From an uncultured Nitrososphaeraceae archaeon (GTDB lineage Archaea; Thermoproteota; Nitrososphaeria; Nitrososphaerales; Nitrososphaeraceae): 64,000 bases of DNA. Each line of letters opens with the position of its first letter. Within the stretch, counting starts at the first letter, position 1. The stretch is from positions 19,789-83,788 of the forward strand of contig CAVXZB010000059.1 in NCBI GenBank assembly GCA_963765895.1. Direction: 5' to 3'. A model generated the notes under the pieces. It saw nothing but the letters and a program-made list of their open reading frames with translations, searched no databases and had not been told where the DNA came from. Shown here piece by piece: positions 11,116 to 21,113 of the stretch. A program made the position numbers and the translations under genes.

Positions 11116-11323
11116 CCCTGACGGATTAGATTTGCTAGTTATTCTCATGGAATTTTCACGCTCAGACCACTAGTAATATTCTATCCGTCAGGGTATCCAT
11201 AGTAACCATCAGTACATATTTCAATTCTATGTAACAAAATTAATTAATTTCTATAAGGAATAGCACGTATTCATAATATGGAAAACCAATATAGTACTAT
11301 GGATACCCTGACATCTCTGACGG
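11116..11323. repeat. alternating inverted CCCTGAC-type repeat structure
   Basis: CCCTGACGGAT (11116-11126) / ATCCGTCAGGG (11183-11193); perfect 18-bp IR 11187-11204 / 11295-11312; 9-bp-spaced CCCTGAC-CTCTGAC at the end. Confidence 0.8.
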
Positions 11324-11466
11324 CCTAATTTTTCGAGTACACCAAAAAGCGTAAAAGAGCCAGCTACTTATCGAAGAATTGGGGGCCACACATAGGAACA
11401 CCTGCCCACAATAAGCCCTCTACTGAAACTTTATGGTCTGATTATAAGTTTTGGGTATTTTCCTTA

Positions 11467-11721
11467 CTAATTTATATAATATTTCTTAAGCAGACTGTCT
11501 AGTAATACCTCAGTATCATCAACATCAAATATCTTCGTGGTTCCTCCCTGACTCATGCATTCCTCAGTGAATTCATAGATATGCCTTGTCAGCGCTTTGA
11601 TTGCCCCTGATACTATAAGCGGCATCATGCTGTAGTGACCAACTGCCCCAGGAGGATGCCCGTTCAGGATTGCTGCCGTTTCTATATCACTCTTCGTTGT
11701 TACTTTGAATGGATATCCCAT
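11467..11721 (-). pseudogene. C-terminal fragment of a hypothetical protein
   Basis: Protein-like 84-aa frame; the broken upstream frame extends toward ~11900. Confidence 0.35.
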
Positions 11722-12008
11722 TTCTACTGAAATATCGTCTGATTCCGATGCTTCCCCCTTTCAAACTTTCATCATCGTTGAGTGTTAGGCTCGGCGGGAC
11801 CATCCACGAGTTCTTCTTAGACATTACTAAGCTGAATTGTACCAATAGTTGAGTAAATGCTCGGAAGTATCAAATATTGAGATACTATTTCCGCAGGTAT
11901 TCCTAAATCTTTGATAAGACGATTGATATCCGTAATATTCAAGCTATTAACAATGCAGTGCCGCTTCCTGACAATAATAAATATACGAGATGATGTGAAT
12001 AGGATTTT

Positions 12009-13543
12009 ATGAATTCCAGTATCAACAGAGCATTAATATTTCAAGGAGGCGGTTCGCTTGGTGCATACGAAGCGGGTGCCTATAAAGCTATTAATGAAGA
12101 ACTTTCAGCATACTTTAGATCAGTAGGCAGAGGAAACGAGCCAATATTTCATATCGTATCCGGAACGTCAATAGGCGCAATAAATGCTCCTTTACTAGTA
12201 AGCTATGTAAAGGAAAATAAAACATGGGAAGGATCAGGCGAAAGGCTTGTCGAGTTTTGGGAATATCTGTCTACTCAGTCGTCTGTTGAAAACATACCAT
12301 ACTTTACAAACTATTGGGATTCTTGGCGTAGATTAGATAGACGAATTGCTTCAGGAGAATCTGCCAGAAGATACTTTAGCACTAAGGAATTTATTTTTAG
12401 AGGAGTTCCCCATGTGTTTATACCAAAGACACCCTTGCCAGACAATAGATTTTTTGATCCTTCAAATACGTGGTATGTCTATGACAATAGACCATTAAAA
12501 GAAAGCTTGGAAAAGTTTGCCAAGTTTCCTATTTCCACAAGCTTCGAGAATAATGAACCAAGACTCTTGCTAGTTGCTGTGGATGTACAAGAGGCTACTC
12601 CTGTGGTTTTCGATAGCTACGAAAAAGAGGATGGAACAAGGAAGTCTGAATATGGCAAATATGGTAGAGTTAAATTTATAGATTCAGCGAAGAATCAGAA
12701 TGAGAATCAGGAGAAAGAGGCATTTGAGCACGTTATAAGATACGATGATGGCATAAAGTCAGATTTCGTTTTGGCCAGCTGTTCAGTTCCAGTTAATTAT
12801 GACTATACTAGGATAAATGTGGAAACCCGAAACCTGGCCTTGGGAGAAGGACGAGACGAGAAAAATGTAGCCATGGAGATTAATAATCGGCCTCATCAAA
12901 TGATGAAAGTAATAGCGACTTACGCATCTTCTGGGACGGTGGACTATTAGCTAATACACCTCTAAGACAGACCTACCTTGCTCACAAGCATTATTGGCAG
13001 CGAGTTAGAAAATTAGAAGATAATATACCAAGTCTCAAATTTGGTATAATAAATCTCCATCCGATTAAACAAGAATATCCTTCTTATGATTATGATGGCG
13101 TTATTGACAGGAAGAACGATATCATATACCATGATAGAACAGAATTTGATGAATATGTTGCAGTTCTTATATCTGATTATGCAACACTCGCAGACCAGCT
13201 AATTAAATTAGCCGAAGGGAATGGTATGAGTAAAGAAGCACTCCAAACAATTTTGAATAGAAAAGCTAAGGCTACTTTTTTAGCCACGGGCAAGCATGGG
13301 AGATATATTGATTTAGTAAAGGGTAGAGTAGATATTGATTTTGTTGCTCGCTTGGAACGAAAGAACGACAGTCATACTATTTCAAATAAGACATTTGACT
13401 TTTCAAAAACTACGGTCCGACAGCTAATTCAAGACGGATATGACGAGAGTAAGGAACAGATGAAAGCAATAGTTGCTAGTTTAAGAGAGGGAATTGTCTG
13501 GCACATAGTCACTTTTCAGAATCTAAAATTCCTGTTTTGTTGA
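12009..13543 (+). CDS. patatin-like phospholipase 2 (frameshift ~12890)
   Basis: FQGGGSLGAY, GTSIG; FWDGGLLANTP appears in the shifted frame, which continues into ORF 13226-13543; paralog of 4903-6303. Confidence 0.88.
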
Positions 13544-13609
13544 TATCCTCTTCTATAACGACCTTATGAGAGGCCTGAGAATAGGGCAAGCCATACCAAG
13601 AGCATTATA

Positions 13610-14217
13610 TTGATAAAGCAAGATGTTCGCAACGGGGAACCGGAAACTATGCCATTAGAAAGTTTCCCGGTGAGTTCCCCGTCTGAAAATGGTCCAATTC
13701 ACGCTCAATTTGAGCACAAACTGGGAACCGGGAAACTCGGGGACTTGCCTTCATCTGTGGCAGGTGAAAATGAAAATGAAGTGGCATCATCTAATGGGCT
13801 AGAAGTACCGGTAAGTTCCCCGACTTTCCAGAGTTCCCGTTCTGGCGAAAATCACGCTCAATTCGCTAGCGATACAAACGGGAACCTGGCGGGGAAGTCG
13901 AGGGGTACGCGAGTTCATGTTCCCCATTACACCACGCTTCGTTATCAAGTACAAACAGCGAGGCAGCCAAAGTCATCTCTGTAACCGACTTCTTTTATGA
14001 TGATCCAACTATGCCTTACGTAGCGCTACCAGACCATGAATTGGACCAGAGCCCATGTTGTCATATTATATCTATAAAGGATGGATACTATTACTGTAGG
14101 TTGCATCCTGAAATAAAGAACGTACATCTGGAATCCATAGAGCACCACATCAAGTACAAAGATCCAGCGACGCATAAATCAGAGTTATTAAAATTGTCCA
14201 AACTTACTCATAACTAG
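13610..14217 (+). pseudogene. orphan 3' end of a putative MGE replication gene (repeat-rich linker plus Cys/His tail)
   Basis: Repeat-encoded low-complexity frame followed by SPCC..YYCRLHP..EHHIKYKDP..HK; no upstream catalytic domain. Confidence 0.5.
13632..13925. repeat. GGGAAC/GTTCCC iteron-like array in alternating orientation
   Basis: Six alternating clusters, e.g. GTTCCCCGA-CTTTCCAGA-GTTCCCG (9-bp period); duplicated AAT(T)CACGCTCAATT spacer motif. Confidence 0.8.
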
Positions 14218-14220
14218 CTG

Positions 14221-14285
14221 GATCCTATTGATAGGTAAAAATATCAGGATTTGATGAACTTAATATCTTCGACTTTCCAAATCGA
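14221..14285 (+). repeat. element X copy 2 (5' part)
   Basis: 20-nt identity GATCCTATTGATAGGTAAAA with 6789-6808, then TATCA..TGAT.AACTTAATATC. Confidence 0.8.
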
Positions 14286-14359
14286 TGGATTAGGGCTAGC
14301 CCTTACAGAAAACCACAATGAGTTCATCTTGTTATACTGTGATGAAAGAGCTCACAATC

Positions 14360-15383
14360 TTATAGCCGACCGATCAATTGCATGAGTCGCGTCTGCTCAT
14401 CATCATCATCACCATCATCATCATCACCATCATCATCATCACCATCATCACCTGCACCTGTTGTGTGCACTAGCGATACCATTAGCTCGTCAAGTCCCGC
14501 CGCCAGAAGTTCGGTAAGCCGAGCAACCACTATTGATTCATTTCCAGAAATAACCAAGCTATCTACAAGAGCATCGGGTACCGCCTGGTCTGATGTCAAT
14601 GAAAAACCTGCATTAGAGAACATGGCAGCATAGAAAGGGATCTTAGCATAAAAGTCAAGCATTTGATGTCCTGCGGCTAGGACAGCATGCCGATCTTCGG
14701 TAACTGCTACCGGTACATATGCCACCAATGGAGGCGGTGATCGTCCAACTGCAGCTGCTGATGTACGTAAAGCTGGAATTCCAGTATTAAGCAGATACGG
14801 AACAGGACATACCCATGTAAGGGCTCCATCGGCAATTTGTCCAGCTAATTGAAATGCTGATTTTCCTAGCGTTGAAATAAGTATGGGAATCTGCGACGTG
14901 CGTGGTAATGTGGCTTTAACGTTATAGAAGTGTCCATGATGATCGACCTTTCCCTGCCAGAGTGCAGGACACGCAGTACCTTTTCAGAATATTCGCGCAG
15001 ATGGGCTAACGGCGTTTTCTGTTGCAGACCATAAATATCTTCTATAATAAAGCGGTGACTGGGGCCTATTCCAAGACGCAATCGACCAGGTGCAAGATCA
15101 TATAAAGCTAGCACCTGCTGAGCCAGGACCAAGGGATGACGTGGATAGGTTGGTGTAATCAAGATTGCCCGGCGTCCCGTAGACGTTTTTGTTGCTGAGG
15201 CTGCAGAACGTCGTTAATACATCTGGCAAAACAGGTGGTTGGGCCATCCATATCTGTCGCACTCCAGCGGGCTTCTTTATAAACAATAGTTTTGACCGCG
15301 ATCGCCACATTAGAGACCATAATGAGTCCAACGCGTTCTCGTATTGGCGGAAGACTTGAAACTTGAAGACTCTGATCCTCCAT
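14360..15383 (-). pseudogene. LLM-class (luciferase-like, probably F420-dependent) oxidoreductase, multiply frameshifted
   Basis: GVRQIWM, PTYPRHPLVLAQQ, GRLRLGIGPSH, DELMV; ORFs 15159-15383, 15098-15331, 14866-15162 and 14360-14728; Asp-rich CAT microsatellite at ~14398-14451. Confidence 0.85.
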
Positions 15384-15644
15384 TATAGATTCACCTCGAA
15401 GTGTAATCGTTTATTCTCTCAGGGTAGGATATCATGCTGAAGTTTCATTCAAAATCTACTATTTCAACTTTTAAACAGTAAAGTCTTGTTTAACTGGTTT
15501 GATAGGTGGCGTAATTTAATGCAACTAGATTTTGGTTCTAACTACGTCAGGACGAATAGATTCCTCTAGTCATCTTAGATGTAGATTGGTATCAACTGTA
15601 CTAATGACCATGAGTAATTTGAAGTCATTGAGGAGCCATGTATC

Positions 15645-15928
15645 ATTAACTATAGCCATATCAACCCATCAAATTGATAATATCTATAGATAGTAGCAGT
15701 TAGCAGATTTGAGTCAGTGTATTAGTTCTGTTGATATCCAAATTATAATAAATTGGACAATGTCGGATTCATATGAAGTACAGCAAAATCATACCGGAAA
15801 AGTTGGCATTCAATACAGATATGCGGCGTGCCAGATTATAAATACTTCTAAAAAAGACGGATCAGATGTATAAATCTGTGCCTCTGGGTCAAGACAAAAA
15901 ATTTATGTACATTTGTCTAGAGGCGCGC
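15645..15928 (+). repeat. element X copy 3
   Basis: Colinear with ~6825-7103; TATCTATAGATA palindrome at 15681-15692. Confidence 0.8.
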
Positions 15929-16420
15929 GCCTACCACACCAAAAAAGAAATAGGAAAGTTAGGATAATAATATAGAGTTTGAGAAGGCGGTAGATTACGA
16001 CGACTTTTGTTACTTCAAAGCCGGTGAAGACGCATATCATTCTATAACAAAAGACGGTTGGTACATTCGTGATAGTCAATATGATAGACCTATAGCGTCG
16101 CTAGAACCATTCAAGTACTATCCCTGGTGCTCGAAGGAGTTAAAGAAGAAATGAGGACGTCGCTCATATTCGGTTTATCGTCTCCTCAAGTGTGCGTCAA
16201 TTAGGACGGTAAAGACTCTACTGAATCGGCATACATGGGGCTTTTACCAATCAGCAGACACCGATTGAGATGATGTTTGAACGTTTCGATCGGCAAGATA
16301 CTACCATTTGTAACTTAGTTGATTGAGATAAAAAATCGCTTGGTCTTGGTATGTGTAAATAATAGTCAATTTTGACAATTAATCGGAATTCTAAATTAGT
16401 TTGTCTGTTCCGGAAATGAT

Positions 16421-16618
16421 TTATCTCTTTCTTCGATGTTCTTCGTCCAATATCATTGCATATATTTGCTGCATGGCTTCTACCTCTGCTAGATTTTCCT
16501 CAACGATTCGCATGTTGAACTTTTCCTGGTCTACCGACTTTTGCTTCTTCTGAATTGCTTTGTATATCATATCTTTAACCTCCTTTACCGTTAGTTCCTT
16601 CTCTTTAGTTTTGGGCAA
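16421..16618 (-). CDS. small charged coiled-coil hypothetical protein
   Basis: 65-aa ORF, K/E-rich and helical. Confidence 0.55.
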   Translation of the reverse strand: MPKTKEKELTVKEVKDMIYKAIQKKQKSVDQEKFNMRIVEENLAEVEAMQQIYAMILDEEHRRKR

Positions 16619-16876
16619 TTGTTACATTCTGTAGGTAGGTAGTGATTTCTATAGGCTGAAGAACTGCAAGTAGAGGGAGTGTCCTTATCATGACAACATT
16701 TCCAGTAGAGCAGTCTAAAAAAACTGTATTGGAAGTTTATGAACGGCTAATCTGCATTAATATTACATGTCAGAAACTGCCCTGCTGCCTATGGTACCAG
16801 TTGCTTGTAGTGAGCCAGGGTGGCTCTAACATCTTGGCGTGTATTCGCATAGATATATGTAGTTGCAGGACTTATT

Positions 16877-17546
16877 TTATCCACCTTCCTTTAACTTGTT
16901 GCGGCGATCAAGTTCGGCCTTGCTTGGTGTTTCTAGCCCAAGTGACCCCGTCTTGACTCCTCCTGAGCGCTCGTAATTGGCGATTATAACTCCGCTTGGC
17001 GAAATCCCGCTTTCAAGAAGTTTGAACCCAGCTGGAATTGTACCTTCTGCAAACAAGCGCTTGCCCGTGCTAAGAGTAACAGGAAATATTTTTAGCCAAA
17101 GCTCCTCGACCAAGTCATACTTTAAGAGTGTCTGAACAAGATTGCTCCTGCCATGAACTTGTATTTCTGGCCCATCCTGCTCCTTTATCCTTTTAATTTC
17201 CTCTGGAACATCACCATTTATCAGTTCTGAATTATTCCAATCAAGCTTTGTCAAGGTCTTTGAAGCTACGTATTTCTTGGCATTATTGAGTCTGGCCGCG
17301 AATGGGTTTTGATCTGCGTTCACGTATGGCCAGTACGCTGCAAAATCTCTGGTACGTTTTTCTGCCAAGCAATAAATCAAAAGGTTTACTCGTCTGCTTG
17401 ATCATCACACTAAGAAGAAAGTCGTCAAAGTATCCAGCTACCCAGCCTTCGTGTTCGAACCCTCCAGTAGGATCTTCTTCAGGCCCACCCGGAGCCTGCA
17501 TCACGTTGTCAAGGGTTATGAAAGACAGGACAATTGTCTTTCTCAT
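16877..17546 (-). CDS. dihydrofolate reductase family / RibD C-terminal domain protein (frameshift ~17350)
   Basis: MRK..SFITLDNVMQAPGGPEED, LLLGRKTY, QVHGRSNLVQTL, LWLKIFPVTLSTGKRLF. Confidence 0.88.
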
Positions 17547-17700
17547 TTATTTCCCCTCTCCTAAAATTTCCCTCGCTATATATCTGATAATCTTTTTCAC
17601 AAGTTCATATGTGATTGGCTTATCCAAAGGAAATCGGACAGAACCTTTTTCTTGTATGTGGTGCCAGTTCTTTTTTGACCGCTTCAATGCCATGGTGGTT
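17547..17700 (-). pseudogene. DUF1801/YdhG-like C-terminal fragment
   Basis: KGSVRFPLDKPITYELVKKII motif directly upstream of the DHFR-like gene. Confidence 0.6.
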
Positions 17701-18457
17701 TTGAACTTTCCTCCGACGCACATATCATTTTCAGTAGCCGACGCTTCCCAGTAATTCGAAGCAAAAGCCAGCCGATGATAGACATTCCAAATGACATTAA
17801 TCGGATCATAAGAAAGCAAGACATTATTATTAATATAGCTCCACGCGCTTAAGTTCTGCAAATATAGTAAGATATTCAGACCATTATCTTCAAGAACAGC
17901 AGCAACATCTGCATTTACTGATGCGATCGTTTACAAGGGGATAATTTTTTCTTTCACCCCCTTCACAGAAAGAAATTTTCCCCCTAGTAGTCAGAAAGTA
18001 AATGAAGTAGAGCAGAACCTAAGCTTTATCCTATCACACCAGAATTCGGCAGTTTCCGATAACTCATTGATCCACATAGAACCGAAGGTCATCTAATCTT
18101 CGGACGCCTATAACCTTATCAACAGATATCTATTGATATGGTCTCACATTGTCCTACACTATCAAACACTGTTCCACATTATAGTTACAGGTCTTGACGA
18201 CGAAATGGCACTTCGTTTCTAATCAACTGCAATTAGAATCTTCTTCTATAAATATTAAGCAGAATGTTCAATAACATCTATCACTACAATTGTGACATGT
18301 GGAGTAAGGCCAAATCAATTATCGTAATGCCAACAGTCATGATGGCAATAGTGCTAAATTCTGTGATTGTAGAGTTAAGAAATTCTGGATATAAGGTCGT
18401 AACGGGTTTCGTGGAGGAATCAAAGAAGGGTTTACCACCAAGGGCTGAAAGTAAATA

Positions 18458-19288
18458 ATGAATAAATTTATTATTTTATTTTTGATTGTTGGCTTGGCAG
18501 CTTCTATGGTTTCGGCCAGTGGTTTTAGTGTGGGTCTGGTCGAGGCTAAGGATTCAGATAGTGGCGGCGACGATAGTAGTGATTCAGGAACCAGCGATAA
18601 TGGTGACAATGGCGGTAGCGACAGCGGTTCAAGCGATAATGGCGGCGGTAGTGATAGCGGTAGTAGTGATTCAGGAACAAGTGATAATGGTGGTCCAGAC
18701 AGTGGTTCAAGTGACAATGGTGATACAGATTCAAGCGATAGTGGTTCAGCCGATACAGGAACTAGTGATAGTGGTTCTACCGATAATACGGCAACACCAG
18801 AATCAGCACCAGTACAAGAAGAAACACCAGCAATAGCAGACACTGCAACGGCAAATGCTAACGCCGCGCAAGTGACAAATACTAACCCTCCTGTAGTAAA
18901 TCCATTAATCCCAGCAAAAACACCTAATACCGATCCAAATCCCAATCCAACAATAAAGATACCAAAACACGTTTCGAATTGTAATGGCACATTTAAAGAC
19001 TGTAGAACCAAGGAAGGCTTTTTCTGTAAGGCAGGTTCTGGAGCTCATGAATGTGAATGTGATAACTTACATAGCAAAGACTGTGGTGGTCCTGGTCGTC
19101 ATCGTCATGGTGGTCATAACACAGTAGTAGTTGTTCACAAGACAAAGACAGTCCATGAGAAAGATTCACATAGTATAACAACAGTATTCGTTCCAGACGT
19201 AGGCTTAGTCCAACCGTTGAACTGTAAGTTAAATCAGAACAATGGAAAGATTGGATGCGAATTTGTAGTAATAAAGGTGATTAACTAA
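18458..19288 (+). CDS. secreted low-complexity (DSGSSDNG repeat) protein with a Cys/His-rich C-terminal domain
   Basis: Signal peptide, Asp/Ser/Gly repeats, Pro/Thr linker, several Cys. Confidence 0.8.
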   Translation: MNKFIILFLIVGLAASMVSASGFSVGLVEAKDSDSGGDDSSDSGTSDNGDNGGSDSGSSDNGGGSDSGSSDSGTSDNGGPDSGSSDNGDTDSSDSGSADTGTSDSGSTDNTATPESAPVQEETPAIADTATANANAAQVTNTNPPVVNPLIPAKTPNTDPNPNPTIKIPKHVSNCNGTFKDCRTKEGFFCKAGSGAHECECDNLHSKDCGGPGRHRHGGHNTVVVVHKTKTVHEKDSHSITTVFVPDVGLVQPLNCKLNQNNGKIGCEFVVIKVIN

Positions 19289-19371
19289 CCACATCTTTAG
19301 TTTACGAATAGACAACTCTTTTTCTCTAAGGTCAGATTTACCTTAAATACTATGCAGCGAGTATATGGTGC

Positions 19372-20421
19372 GTGTCAAGTCACAGACTTGTTAGGAAAGT
19401 TCATCTAGTCCTAATTGCTGTCATATCTATGCTTGTTATCGCAGGTCCTTCAATTAGTAATTATGGTTATTTTGGCATTACTAAAGTAGCGCATGGTCAA
19501 TCAGATCCAAACCAAACGAATTCTAGTGCTACGAATTCGGTAAATACGCACGATATCCCATTAAAAAAAGTCCATGTAGGAGATATTGATGTTGCGTACA
19601 AGATGTTTGGCAAAGGTGACCCTATAATACTTTTCAATGGCGCTTCTGATAGTATGGATGCCTGGGATCCGTCCTTTTTAACTGGTATTTCTTCAAATCA
19701 CACAGTGATTGTGTTTGATCAACGTGGAATTGGAAATTCAACGGCTGGTTCCAAACCATACACACCTCAGCAACTAGCAAACGATACAGCTGGTCTGCTT
19801 GATGCTCTAAAAATACCAAAAGCAGATGTTATGGGATATTCTTTGGGAGGACATATAGCTCAGGCATTTACAATTAGCTATCCAGAAAAGGTTAACAGGC
19901 TAATACTTGTTGCTTCATCATGTGGCGGAAAAGATGGTATACCTAAACCACCTGAATTTAAGAAATTGCAAGCTGATATTGTAAACAAATCTCTACATAA
20001 TATTCCAGTTACTCAGGAATTGAAAGCGCTTAATGTTGCCTCGTTAGGATCAGGATGGATCAAACTGCATCCTGAATCTGCAGTCATTCCAGCCAACACT
20101 ACATCATTACAACAATTGAAGCCTGGTTTGCCCCCTGATATAGCAAATAAGCAGAACAACGTAGGACTTGCTTGGACGGCTCCCAACTGGAGTGGTGCTT
20201 GTGATAAGGAAGGGAAACTGGCAAAACCCACGTTAGTTATAACTGGAACAGACGATAATAGCTACGTGCCGCATGGAAATGCTTTAATTCTTGCAAGCAA
20301 AATTCCAGGAGCCTGGCTTGTACAGATTAAAAATGCGGGTCACGCAATAATGAATCAATATCCGACTGAGATTGGTAAGATAGTAAATACATTTCTATCG
20401 ACTACTACCCCAAACAAGTGA
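19372..20421 (+). CDS. secreted alpha/beta hydrolase
   Basis: FDQRGIGNS, GYSLGG nucleophile, ITGTDD, AGHA; N-terminal signal/TM. Confidence 0.9.
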   Translation: MSSHRLVRKVHLVLIAVISMLVIAGPSISNYGYFGITKVAHGQSDPNQTNSSATNSVNTHDIPLKKVHVGDIDVAYKMFGKGDPIILFNGASDSMDAWDPSFLTGISSNHTVIVFDQRGIGNSTAGSKPYTPQQLANDTAGLLDALKIPKADVMGYSLGGHIAQAFTISYPEKVNRLILVASSCGGKDGIPKPPEFKKLQADIVNKSLHNIPVTQELKALNVASLGSGWIKLHPESAVIPANTTSLQQLKPGLPPDIANKQNNVGLAWTAPNWSGACDKEGKLAKPTLVITGTDDNSYVPHGNALILASKIPGAWLVQIKNAGHAIMNQYPTEIGKIVNTFLSTTTPNK

Positions 20422-20649
20422 ATCATACATTGGATCTAACACTTGATAATGACCACTAACCCGTATCCCCTGCTTCTTGCTTGGGTGTGTTCTACTGAAT
20501 TACTAATAGTGACAATTGTTGGAACTGTACGAGCGCATGCATGGGCACGCCATCATGAGGAATCACGTCTTAACCTAGCATAATCTGATGAAAGGCAGGG
20601 AGGACATAGCATACGCCCATGATTCAGTTACTATCGAACTAACCTGACT

Positions 20650-20811
20650 TGAATCAAATATTATCCTATATGTAAAAACTTGCTATATGAACTGAATGCT
20701 TTGCTTTACATTCTCTAAATTGATACTATCTATAGATACTTTCAATTTGCACCGTTAACATTGTTTCTAAATCCATGCCAAAGTGCTGATGCTTAACATC
20801 TATTGGGCTCA
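20650..20811 (-). repeat. element X copy 4 (inverted, diverged)
   Basis: TACTATCTATAGATACTTTCAATTTG matches the reverse complement of copy 3; TGAATC..ATT.TCC block at matching spacing. Confidence 0.65.
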
Positions 20812-21113
20812 AATGTTTTGCCTCACATTTGTATAGCTGATTTAGTAGGTTACGGAAAAGATCAGCAGGCGCTAGAGTATCCTGGGGTGTAATAAATATT
20901 GACACATTCAACTCACTCTTAACTGGCAGTCAGTCACTGGTACAAATCGTAATTTTGTGCTTCATCATTTCATGTCAGGCAATTAACGGGCCCTTAATTA
21001 GGTCGAATTTGATTTACACACCCTTGCCCATACTGCGTGAAAGTCCCTAGCAATATTTCTGCTAAAGAATACTCGCATTTTTAGGTTTGTTATTTTTTGT
21101 TCACAGCATAACC

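Noticed and set aside
18337-19011. 224-aa minus-strand ORF and similar antisense ORFs (4899-5237, 14382-14633, 17302-17754, 40208-40549, 47352-47741, 62149-62520)
   Set aside because: Shadows of better-supported genes on the opposite strand.
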